Below are positions 56,427-64,000 of a DNA stretch of 64,000 nt, one piece after another. The notes below the pieces were generated by a model that saw nothing but the letters and a program-made list of their open reading frames with translations, did not search any database and was not told the DNA's origin. Position 1 is the first letter of the stretch. The number at the start of each line of letters is the position of its first letter. Both the position numbers and the translations under genes were made by a program. Source of the DNA: Patescibacteria group bacterium (GTDB lineage Bacteria > Patescibacteriota > Microgenomatia > Levybacterales > GWA1-39-11); the NCBI GenBank assembly GCA_035549315.1, contig DASZRC010000003.1, forward strand, positions 10,374-74,373, given 5' to 3'.

Positions 56427-56942
56427 GTGAAAAATTCTAAGATTCTTTCAATTCTAATTTTAGGCGCCATATTAATAGGAGTGGGATGGGTTTTCCTATA
56501 TAAGTATCAAGCAAAAAATGGGATAGAACCAAATAACTCTTCCTCTTCAATGAGCCCTATCTTTTATGATCTAAAGGTCTGGCTTCCGGATACTTCATGG
56601 AGCGTTCCAACCAAAACCAGTGAACAAACAATGTATGGAGACCTAAAAGGCGAACAGTCAACGGCCCAAATTACCACAAAACAAGCATCGGTCAATCCCT
56701 TTGAAAATGTTAAGGCAATGAATGATCTTGGATATCAACAAGACCTAAATCTTGCGGCTGGCGGCCCGGGATCTTCTGTTTGGGGTTATAAAAAAACTGA
56801 AGGAAATATGATGCAAATTGTAACCTTCTCATATAATACAGCTCCATCCTACAACAACCCAAATGAGCCTCTACAATTCAACTGTCCTTGTAAAACAACT
56901 CTAAAAGTTTTTGTCAGCGATCCCTTCAATGAAAAACAATAA
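56427..56942 (+). CDS. Membrane-anchored hypothetical protein
   Basis: N-terminal TM anchor. Confidence 0.45.
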   Translation: MKNSKILSILILGAILIGVGWVFLYKYQAKNGIEPNNSSSSMSPIFYDLKVWLPDTSWSVPTKTSEQTMYGDLKGEQSTAQITTKQASVNPFENVKAMNDLGYQQDLNLAAGGPGSSVWGYKKTEGNMMQIVTFSYNTAPSYNNPNEPLQFNCPCKTTLKVFVSDPFNEKQ

Positions 56943-57597
56943 GCTCCACCTTGGAAGAATTACAGAAATTGAGTTAAGGCTTATTTTTGGACTCATCGCA
57001 ATCTCATTGCTAAATATAATAATTTACAAAAGCTTGTCTGTGGGACAACCGTATGGACTAATTCTTTTAAATGATGTAGGTGTTTACCTATACGCAATCC
57101 TGATAGTTCTTACAATGATTTTTACCATCATTAGAGATAGAAGGCTTTTGTCTTACTCCTTTTATACTTTACTTGCATTAATGACAATTAACATTGTTCT
57201 TAATCTGTTTGATCTGATTGTTAATCACAGAATTAGCGATAACGGGCAAGCTATAGTCCTTGACGCAACTCTTATTTGGTTTTCAAGCCTTGGTGTCTTT
57301 GGCTTCTGGTATTGGATAGTTGACCGCGGCGGACCAATTAACAGAGCTATTGAAAGCAAAGATACAAGATATGATCTTCTCTTTCCCCAATATCAAACCG
57401 TTATTCCCGGCTGGGAAAAATGGAAACCGGAATTTTGGGACTATGTAGTTTTTTCTTTCTTTACAAGTACAGGATTTTCTCCGGCAGATACTCTACCCTT
57501 ATCCTTAAGAGTAAAAATTCTTATGATGATTGAAGCAACTATATCACTAGTCATAATAGGAATGGTCATAAGCCGTGCCCTTAGCTTGATACAGTGA
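56911..57597 (+). CDS. Integral membrane protein (DUF1345-like)
   Basis: Four to five TM helices with a TSTGFSP segment. Confidence 0.4.
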   Translation: MSAIPSMKNNKLHLGRITEIELRLIFGLIAISLLNIIIYKSLSVGQPYGLILLNDVGVYLYAILIVLTMIFTIIRDRRLLSYSFYTLLALMTINIVLNLFDLIVNHRISDNGQAIVLDATLIWFSSLGVFGFWYWIVDRGGPINRAIESKDTRYDLLFPQYQTVIPGWEKWKPEFWDYVVFSFFTSTGFSPADTLPLSLRVKILMMIEATISLVIIGMVISRALSLIQ

Positions 57598-57614
57598 TTT
57601 GTTAATGGTTAAAA

Positions 57615-58052
57615 ATGAAAAAGATAATTGAAATAGCTTTGCCGATATTAATAATTCTTATCTTAGGACGTGTTTTTATATTGGGGATAGATAAAAATAA
57701 ACAAAATTTAAATTCCCACACTGCTCCCACTTCTGCTCCTAGTCTTGCCAATCCTGCTTCTGTGAACTGTGCAAAGCAAGGCGGAACAACTGTTATTATG
57801 ACTATGGGAAATGGCGGGCAGTATGGATTGTGTCAATTTGAAGATAATATGAATTGCGAGGAATGGGCAATGATGAGAGGCCAGTGTCCTGTTGGAGGAA
57901 TTAAAACAACGGGATATGATACTATCCAGCAAAAATATTGTGCTTGGATTGGTGGAAAAACTTTTGCAGTTGCTAATGCTAAATGTACTCTTCCAAACGG
58001 AACCGTCTGCTCTGATGATGCCCTTTATAATGGGACCTGCCCAACAAATTAG
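57615..58052 (+). CDS. DUF333 (putative hemolysin-like) domain protein, two tandem copies
   Basis: NPASVNCAKQGG...GLCQFEDNMNCEEWAMMRGQCP and a second CAWIGG...CTLPNGTVCSDDALYNGTCP repeat. Confidence 0.55.
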   Translation: MKKIIEIALPILIILILGRVFILGIDKNKQNLNSHTAPTSAPSLANPASVNCAKQGGTTVIMTMGNGGQYGLCQFEDNMNCEEWAMMRGQCPVGGIKTTGYDTIQQKYCAWIGGKTFAVANAKCTLPNGTVCSDDALYNGTCPTN

Positions 58053-58057
58053 AATAA

Positions 58058-58471
58058 TTATTTCTTGAGGAGATAGAAAAGTTTACCGTAAGATATAAGA
58101 GCAATAAGAAATGCTATACCCATTATGAACGAGGCGGTTTCCGCTGCCGAATCTTTAAGACTAATCGTCGCAATTCCTGCTATAAAAGCAATAACCACAC
58201 ATAGAAAGGCTGCAATACCTACTCTTTTAATGAATATATTTTTTTCTTTTAATGAAACAATCAAAACAACAACAGACAGAACAACCAATACCAAACCTAC
58301 AACTCCGTGAGCGGCAAATGCAAGCTTTGCAAAATATGGAGCTTGATGCGTAGCAGTCTCTTCTTCCGGAGGAATACCAAAATGGCTGATTGTCATACCT
58401 AAAATATATTGCACAACTAAAGCGACCAAAACACCCCTTACTTTTTTCTGTGCCGGAGTTATATCTTTCAT
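58058..58471 (-). CDS. Small integral membrane protein (4 TM)
   Basis: Hydrophobicity only. Confidence 0.4.
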   Translation of the reverse strand: MKDITPAQKKVRGVLVALVVQYILGMTISHFGIPPEEETATHQAPYFAKLAFAAHGVVGLVLVVLSVVVLIVSLKEKNIFIKRVGIAAFLCVVIAFIAGIATISLKDSAAETASFIMGIAFLIALISYGKLFYLLKK

Positions 58472-58486
58472 AAAAAAATTATATCA

Positions 58487-59521
58487 CTATTTTAAATATT
58501 TATTAAAGAAGCTGACTGTATTTTCCATTGCCGGAACAAAGCTTGGTCCACTTATATTGTGCCCTCCGCTGGGATATTCATGTAATTCATGAGGAACTTT
58601 TGTTTTATCAAGAAGCTTATTAAGATCCCTACTATAACCAATATTCACGACATCATCATCTACCGCATGATTTAATTCTATTGCTCCTTTTAAATCATTG
58701 AGAAAATTAGTTGCCGCAACTTCTTTCCAAAACTCATTTGAGCTATCAAAAGAACCAAATCTTTTTATTATTTGGTTTCTAGAATTTTGCCTTTGTGTAA
58801 CATCTGCCGGAGGATGGTAACTTTGATCATTAAGACCATATTTCTGAAGATCAGCATATGTATAACCCGCCCCTGCCCAAATAACTGCTGCCGGAATTTC
58901 CGGCTTTACCGCCAAAGATCTAAGCACTACATTTCCGGCCATACTATGCCCCCAAAGCCCAACTTTGTTCTTGTTGACAAAATCCGCATTTTGGAGAGCC
59001 GATCTAGCATTGAGAGTATCTATTACGTAATCAGAAGAATAATATGATCCACCCGGTTTTCCTTCCGACTCACCATTACCTCTTAGGTCGATTTTAAACA
59101 CCACATATCCATTCCTCGCTAAATAATCCACGTAATCAACATATCTTTCTGTTGTCACATATAGAGATGGTGGTATATATCCATGAACAAAAACTATCCC
59201 GGGCCAGCCGCCTTTTGGAGTGTCACCATTTGGTATGGTAAGCAATCCATTTATTTTAAATCCGTCCGAATTGTAACTAGTTAGATAAGATTTGTAATTT
59301 AAACCATTTGCATAAAAATTAAGCTCGCCAAGCTTACTTGAATAATTTTTGGCTCTAAGATAAGGTATTGTCAAATTTTGAAAAGGAAATGGCGTAGGCG
59401 ACACTTTTTGATTTACCAAACTAGTATCTCGGCGATTGTTTTTGGAATGGCTTACAAAGAAATAAATTAAACCCGATATAACCACTACAATAAATATGAT
59501 CGCTAATGTATTTTTGTTCAT
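58487..59521 (-). CDS. Alpha/beta hydrolase (S9/dienelactone-hydrolase-like) with TM anchor
   Basis: Nucleophile elbow GHSMAG, plus catalytic Asp/His in the C-terminal part. Confidence 0.65.
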   Translation of the reverse strand: MNKNTLAIIFIVVVISGLIYFFVSHSKNNRRDTSLVNQKVSPTPFPFQNLTIPYLRAKNYSSKLGELNFYANGLNYKSYLTSYNSDGFKINGLLTIPNGDTPKGGWPGIVFVHGYIPPSLYVTTERYVDYVDYLARNGYVVFKIDLRGNGESEGKPGGSYYSSDYVIDTLNARSALQNADFVNKNKVGLWGHSMAGNVVLRSLAVKPEIPAAVIWAGAGYTYADLQKYGLNDQSYHPPADVTQRQNSRNQIIKRFGSFDSSNEFWKEVAATNFLNDLKGAIELNHAVDDDVVNIGYSRDLNKLLDKTKVPHELHEYPSGGHNISGPSFVPAMENTVSFFNKYLK

Positions 59522-59542
59522 AAAGTCAAAATAGAATAATAA

Positions 59543-60229
59543 CTAGGAGTCTGAAACTTTTTCAACTACGCTGGGTCTTTTAAACTTAAACATCTTATCT
59601 ACCATTATTAGTCCTATTATGACGAACACCCAGGAAAATTGTGCGATCAACGGATGTATAAAGGCAAGCGGAACAGCAATGGCAAAAACAACAGGAGGAA
59701 CAAGAAAAGTAAGGCTATAATATCTAATATGTCTTGGGCTTAAATTTTTATCTATTAGCTCTTTTTTCTCACATGCATAAAGCCATATACTGGCGAGCAA
59801 TAAACCAACAACCGCAAGACTTGCAGAATAAAAGGCAACAACAACAGGAACAGTATTATGGTCACCATACAAATCAACAGGAAATGGAAGAAATGAAAGA
59901 GAAATTAAAAAAACTATATTTATCCAAACTATATTCTTATCAAACTTTCTTATCAATCCAAAAATTGCATGGTGGTTTAGCCAGTAAAATCCTATTATTA
60001 AAAAGCTGATTATATTAGCAAGATATTGCGGCCAAAGAGAAATTAATGCACCGGGCAGCGCAATATTTACATCCCCTACTACTGCCGGCAGATCAATTTT
60101 TAATACAAGAAGAGTTGCAGCAAATGCAAAAACGCCATCGGAAAAGTTTGTTACCCTATTCTGATCTACCAAATCAATAATTGCTTCTACCGCTTCCTTC
60201 TTTTCTTCTTTATTTTTCTTTTTATCCAT
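59543..60229 (-). CDS. TMEM175/DUF1211-family potassium channel homologue
   Basis: RVTNFSDGVFAFAATLLVLKI matches the TM1 signature RxxxFSDGVFAIAxTLLVL; 6 TM; 228 aa. Confidence 0.65.
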   Translation of the reverse strand: MDKKKNKEEKKEAVEAIIDLVDQNRVTNFSDGVFAFAATLLVLKIDLPAVVGDVNIALPGALISLWPQYLANIISFLIIGFYWLNHHAIFGLIRKFDKNIVWINIVFLISLSFLPFPVDLYGDHNTVPVVVAFYSASLAVVGLLLASIWLYACEKKELIDKNLSPRHIRYYSLTFLVPPVVFAIAVPLAFIHPLIAQFSWVFVIIGLIMVDKMFKFKRPSVVEKVSDS

Positions 60230-60294
60230 ACATTAAGCCTACAATAAAAATCGCTAACCTAGCAAGTAGCAACAAAAAACTTTATAATATTTTT

Positions 60295-61821
60295 ATGAAT
60301 AGCCCCATTTTGCTTCTAGATAATTTCCTCAACTCTATAACTATGTACCGCCTAATCCTTTATGGATTAATATGCATGATTGCCTTTTCAATCTTTGCCG
60401 GATTTACAAAACTTATTCCATATGGCGGAGTTCAGCTTGTAATTTCTTTGTTTGTTCTTATTGTTTCTTGTTTTATATTTAATTTTATTTTTGAAAAAAT
60501 TCTTAAAGCAACCGTAAATCAAGAATCTTATCTAATAACGGCTTTAATTCTATATTTTGTTATGCTCCCAGCTGTAGATAAACAAGCAATAATTGCATTG
60601 ATACTGGCAAGTCTAGCCGCCATTGCCTCAAAATTTATATTTGCATATAAGAAGAAACATATTTTTAATCCGGCAGCAATTGCTGCCGTAATCATTAGCC
60701 TATCCGGACTTGGATATGCAATTTGGTGGGTAGGAAGTTTCATTATGCTACCCATTACATTGATCGTTGGTCTACTTGTTGTTAGAAAAATAAGAAGATT
60801 TAAACTATTTTTCGCCTTTTTAATTACCACTCTAATAACCATGGTTTTGTTTGGTTTTATAAATAACAGAAACCCTATAGAGGTTATAAAGGTTGCTATC
60901 CTCTCCTATCCTGTCATTTTCTTTGGAACAATCATGCTAACAGAACCCTCTACTACACCACCAACAAAAAAGCTTCAGGCTATATATGGAATATTAGTAG
61001 GTATAATTTTTGGTTCCCAATTCCGTATTGGACCAATTAGTCCTACACCGGAAATTGCATTAATAATTGGAAATATCTATTCCTATGCAGTATCTTCAAA
61101 ACAAAAGCTTTTCCTACAGTTTGAAAGCCAAGCCCAAATTGCAAAGGACACCTATGAATTTGTTTTTGGGGGAAAGAACAACTTTGCTTTTACAGCCGGG
61201 CAGTATTTGGAATGGACATTACCAAATGTAAAAATAAATTCAAGGGGAAACAGAAGATTTTTTACAATAGCATCTTCTCCAACCGAAGATAAAATAAAGT
61301 TGGGCCTTAAAATTTCACAAGACTCTAGCGACTTTAAGAAAAAGCTGCTTGGACTTAAACCCGGAGACCAAATAATAGGTAACCAATTATCCGGTGATTT
61401 TAGCCTTCCAAAAGATCAGAATAAAAAATTGGTATTTATAGCAGGTGGAATTGGCATCACGCCATTTAGAAGTATTATTGAATATATGCTGGATAAAAAG
61501 GATAGACGAGATATTACCCTGTTTTATTCAAACAAAACATCTGACGAAATTGCATACAAAAATATTCTTGAAAGAGCAAATAAAGAACTTGGTATTAAGA
61601 CCATTTTTCTTCTAAATGATGGCCAAACAATGCCAAGCGGTGTTGATTTTGAAATTGGGAGACTAAACGCTGATATGCTTAAAAAATATGTAGCCGATTG
61701 CACTAATAGAACTTTTTATGTCTCTGGTCCCGAAGGAATGGTTAATGCGTACAAAAGTTTATTAAAATCTATGGGTATTAAGAATAGCTGTATAATCACA
61801 GATTACTTCCCCGGTTTTTAA
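60295..61821 (+). CDS. Fusion protein: RnfD/NqrB-like polytopic membrane domain plus C-terminal FNR-like FAD/NAD(P)H oxidoreductase domain
   Basis: Membrane domain contains KHIFNPAA. C-terminus has RRFFTIASSP (the FAD RxYS motif) and FIAGGIGITPF (NAD(P)H binding). Start moved to the ATG at 60295, after a TATAAT box. Confidence 0.55.
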   Translation: MNSPILLLDNFLNSITMYRLILYGLICMIAFSIFAGFTKLIPYGGVQLVISLFVLIVSCFIFNFIFEKILKATVNQESYLITALILYFVMLPAVDKQAIIALILASLAAIASKFIFAYKKKHIFNPAAIAAVIISLSGLGYAIWWVGSFIMLPITLIVGLLVVRKIRRFKLFFAFLITTLITMVLFGFINNRNPIEVIKVAILSYPVIFFGTIMLTEPSTTPPTKKLQAIYGILVGIIFGSQFRIGPISPTPEIALIIGNIYSYAVSSKQKLFLQFESQAQIAKDTYEFVFGGKNNFAFTAGQYLEWTLPNVKINSRGNRRFFTIASSPTEDKIKLGLKISQDSSDFKKKLLGLKPGDQIIGNQLSGDFSLPKDQNKKLVFIAGGIGITPFRSIIEYMLDKKDRRDITLFYSNKTSDEIAYKNILERANKELGIKTIFLLNDGQTMPSGVDFEIGRLNADMLKKYVADCTNRTFYVSGPEGMVNAYKSLLKSMGIKNSCIITDYFPGF

Positions 61822-61844
61822 GATACATTTGGTAAAATACACCA

Positions 61845-62720
61845 ATGCAGCCAACTAGCTTCTCCTATCAATCCATGGGCACATCTTGGGAAATAACAAT
61901 TTGGGATAAAATTGATGACACAAAGTTGAAAAAAATTAAAAAACAAATAACTTCCGGATCAAGAGATTTTGATAAAACTTTTTCTCGCTTCAAACCCAAT
62001 TCTTTTATAACAAAAGTGTCCAAAAAGAAAGGAAAGATCAAAGTACCAAAAGATTTTGTAAAAATGCTTGAACTTTATTTTGATCTTTACGACTTATCAG
62101 AAAAGAAAGTTAACCCACTCATAGGACAAGCTCTATCTGACATGGGTTATGATTCTAATTATTCATTGAGGCCAAAAGAGAAAATAAGTAAAGTTCCGGA
62201 TTTAAAAAAAATGGTTTCCATAATTGATGATGAAAATGTATTTACAACTATCCCACTACTCTTTGATTTCGGCGCACTTGGAAAAGGATATTTTGTAGAC
62301 AGAATAAAGGATATTTTAGAAGAAAATAATATAGAAAGATTTCTTGTTAATGGTAGCGGAGATATATATTACAAGGGTCCACCCAATTCTCTTAGGGCTG
62401 GCCTGGAACATCCTATGGATGATACAAAAGTGATTGGGGTTATTAATATGGGAAATGGTGCAATGTGTGCATCTTCCGGAAACAGGAGAAAATGGAGAAA
62501 TTATCATCACATAATAAACCCAATAACACTTGCTCCCGCAAACGAAATAATTGCCACTTGGGTTATGGCTGATAACGCTGCACTTTCAGATGCGCTGGCT
62601 ACTTGTTTATTCTTTGTTTCTCCCAAAAATTTTGAAAATAAATTTAAGTTTGAATATTTAATTCTAAATAAAGAAATGAGGGTAAAAAAATCTGAAGGGT
62701 TTGCTGCGGAATTGTTCTAA
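61845..62720 (+). CDS. apbE: FAD:protein FMN transferase (ApbE family)
   Basis: SMGTSWEITIWD, GALGKGYFVD, NGSGDIYYKG and SSGNRRKW blocks match ApbE. Confidence 0.7.
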   Translation: MQPTSFSYQSMGTSWEITIWDKIDDTKLKKIKKQITSGSRDFDKTFSRFKPNSFITKVSKKKGKIKVPKDFVKMLELYFDLYDLSEKKVNPLIGQALSDMGYDSNYSLRPKEKISKVPDLKKMVSIIDDENVFTTIPLLFDFGALGKGYFVDRIKDILEENNIERFLVNGSGDIYYKGPPNSLRAGLEHPMDDTKVIGVINMGNGAMCASSGNRRKWRNYHHIINPITLAPANEIIATWVMADNAALSDALATCLFFVSPKNFENKFKFEYLILNKEMRVKKSEGFAAELF

Positions 62721-63184
62721 GCCCTTGCCTGTGCTTTTATTTGTTTCAAAGCGTCCATAAATCCTTTTGGAGTAAGGGAGGAACCATTAACAACGTCCAT
62801 GCTTATTTCATCAATTGGCTTTCCAACAACTAAATCTTTGTAGCCATCTTTAAAATTATTTTGCATAAACTTTGTAGTTGGGGCCGCATCTGACGAACCC
62901 ACAAAATTTACATCTGTAACCTTTCCGTCCTTTATAGTTAGCGTTACATTAACTGCCTCAATGCGATCCGGATTTTGGTAATGACCGGTTGCTTTGTATG
63001 TTCCGTCTTTATAGCTGGCTGCTGCGGAGGGGGAAGCCTCACTAGGCATTGGGGTGGAAGTTGGAGTCATTGTTTCAGACTTCTTATCTGTTGATTGACC
63101 CTTAATAGCAAATTCCCATATGGCAAATACTATGATTATAACAACGAGGGCGATGACAATTACCTTTATGCTTTTGGAATTCAC
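62717..63184 (-). CDS. Membrane-anchored FMN-binding-domain protein (NqrC/RnfG-like); probable GTG start at 63184, and the ORF could extend to 63247
   Basis: YKDGTYKATG...TLTIKDGKVTDVNF...DVVNGSSLT resembles FMN_bind domains, including the flavinylation-site region. Confidence 0.55.
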   Translation of the reverse strand: MNSKSIKVIVIALVVIIIVFAIWEFAIKGQSTDKKSETMTPTSTPMPSEASPSAAASYKDGTYKATGHYQNPDRIEAVNVTLTIKDGKVTDVNFVGSSDAAPTTKFMQNNFKDGYKDLVVGKPIDEISMDVVNGSSLTPKGFMDALKQIKAQARA

Positions 63185-63245
63185 AATAGTTAATAAGATA
63201 CAACAATTAAAAAATCTTTGCAACCCCAAAAGGGCCTCAAATAGC

Positions 63246-63278
63246 ATGAGAACTCTTTCTTTTAAAAAGAGTTCTCAT
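63246..63278. terminator. 13-bp perfect inverted repeat ATGAGAACTCTTT-N7-AAAGAGTTCTCAT
   Basis: Exact palindrome seen directly in the sequence, between convergently arranged minus-strand genes. Confidence 0.4.
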
Positions 63279-63299
63279 TAAACTTATTAAGAATCAGAT

Positions 63300-63494
63300 T
63301 TATTTCTTCTTCTTTCCTGTAAGTTTTAAGTAAGCTACGATCACTGCAACTATTCCAACAACTATTTCAATTACATTTGCTAGAGAAAGTCCAAGGCTAG
63401 TTACCAAAAGGTTGTTGCCGGTAAGACCGTCATAACCCCAAAGTAAACCTCCTACGATAAGTACCCAGATTAAATATGGTTTGTATTCACGCAT
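63300..63494 (-). CDS. Small membrane protein (64 aa, 2 TM)
   Basis: Hydrophobic ORF. Confidence 0.4.
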   Translation of the reverse strand: MREYKPYLIWVLIVGGLLWGYDGLTGNNLLVTSLGLSLANVIEIVVGIVAVIVAYLKLTGKKKK

Positions 63495-63614
63495 GTAATA
63501 TCACCACCTTTTTATAGCTATAATTTGAGAGACGTCATCTAAAACTTAAGCTATATATCAGTTTATGCACTTTGCCAAATGCTTGTCAAGTTTGTGAAAA
63601 GTGGTTATCTGTGG

Positions 63615-64000
63615 TTATTTGTTTTTTCCCCGCATCCAATCTACGGCTTTCAAAATTGGAGCATAAACGTCATCTTCAATTTCAATTTTTAATTCAGACA
63701 ACTCTTCTTCTGTAGGATTTCTGTCTTGGAATTTTACAAATGGAATATCTGTAATCACGGCTATTGGTGTTTGCTCTGCACCCTCCCCCATTACTAATCC
63801 CGCAGCATTTGCCAACCCATCCGCAACGGCAATCTTTGTCATTTTAAGCTTTCTTCCAAAAATATCCGGGGTTCCAATCATGTCATTTATTGCAGCAAAT
63901 CCGCTATGCGCAATAAAAATTACTCCCACTCCCCATCTTAACGGGGATGTTTTACTATCCGTTATAAGTACTCCCAAATTTTTTATGCCAAATTTTTTTG
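63615..64000 (-). CDS. CofE-like (F420-0:gamma-glutamyl ligase family) protein, C-terminal part; the gene continues past the window end
   Basis: GVGVIFIAHSGFAAIND...KIAVADGLANAAGLVMGEGAEQTPIAVI matches the CofE/FbiB ligase core. Confidence 0.45.
   Translation of the reverse strand, partial: KKFGIKNLGVLITDSKTSPLRWGVGVIFIAHSGFAAINDMIGTPDIFGRKLKMTKIAVADGLANAAGLVMGEGAEQTPIAVITDIPFVKFQDRNPTEEELSELKIEIEDDVYAPILKAVDWMRGKNK

Overview
Low-GC (about 33-36%), densely packed bacterial window that looks like a Candidate Phyla Radiation / Patescibacteria genome under the standard genetic code: compact RF1, short HisS, many small secreted or membrane-anchored proteins, no transposase or integrase. It carries about 75 CDS and two tRNAs.

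Housekeeping genes recognised directly from the translations:
- Replication and repair: dnaB, ssb, dnaX-ybaB.
- Translation: cysS, hisS, proS, prfA, rpsF, rpsR, rpsU, rpmE, ybeY, ychF.
- Nucleotide metabolism: purB, prs.
- Proteases: Ctp (S41) and HtrA.
- Signalling: a PAS/GAF histidine kinase with a CheY-like receiver.

The features that stand out are:
(1) a 5' tRNA-Leu fragment duplicated upstream of a GIY-YIG nuclease gene and an intact tRNA-Leu(CAA), opening a small tRNA-Leu/tRNA-Ala-bracketed island of two P-loop nucleoside/nucleotide-kinase-like genes and an orphan ORF;
(2) a Fic protein with an AnkX-like degenerate motif (HPFYEANGR);
(3) a promoter, roughly 120-nt leader and intrinsic terminator immediately upstream of a four-gene operon (HisC-family aminotransferase, a 489-aa orphan, an M29 aminopeptidase, an M19 dipeptidase);
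(4) the most unusual locus, a tandem array at 37.4-44.0 kb of four paralogous secreted beta-propeller / beta-helix proteins (BNR, BNR, NHL, GLUG) that share a conserved FN3-like C-terminal module with two Cys, followed by alternative anchors: a LysM domain, or a short C-terminal KSC[F/I]LFVC[W/L] tail. The array shows DNA-level gene conversion and an out-of-frame recombination scar;
(5) an envelope accessory region containing an L,D-transpeptidase, VanW, an MliC lysozyme inhibitor, an Ntn 'MCT' choloylglycine-hydrolase-family amidase, tandem DUF333, Bcp, and a GC-richer two-gene block of unknown proteins;
(6) a TMEM175-type K+ channel next to a compact flavin module: an RnfD/NqrB-like membrane domain fused to an FNR-like FAD/NAD(P)H domain, the ApbE flavin transferase, and a membrane-anchored FMN-binding-domain protein.

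No CRISPR array, rRNA, integrase or transposase was seen. All calls are by eye from motifs; none are database-verified.
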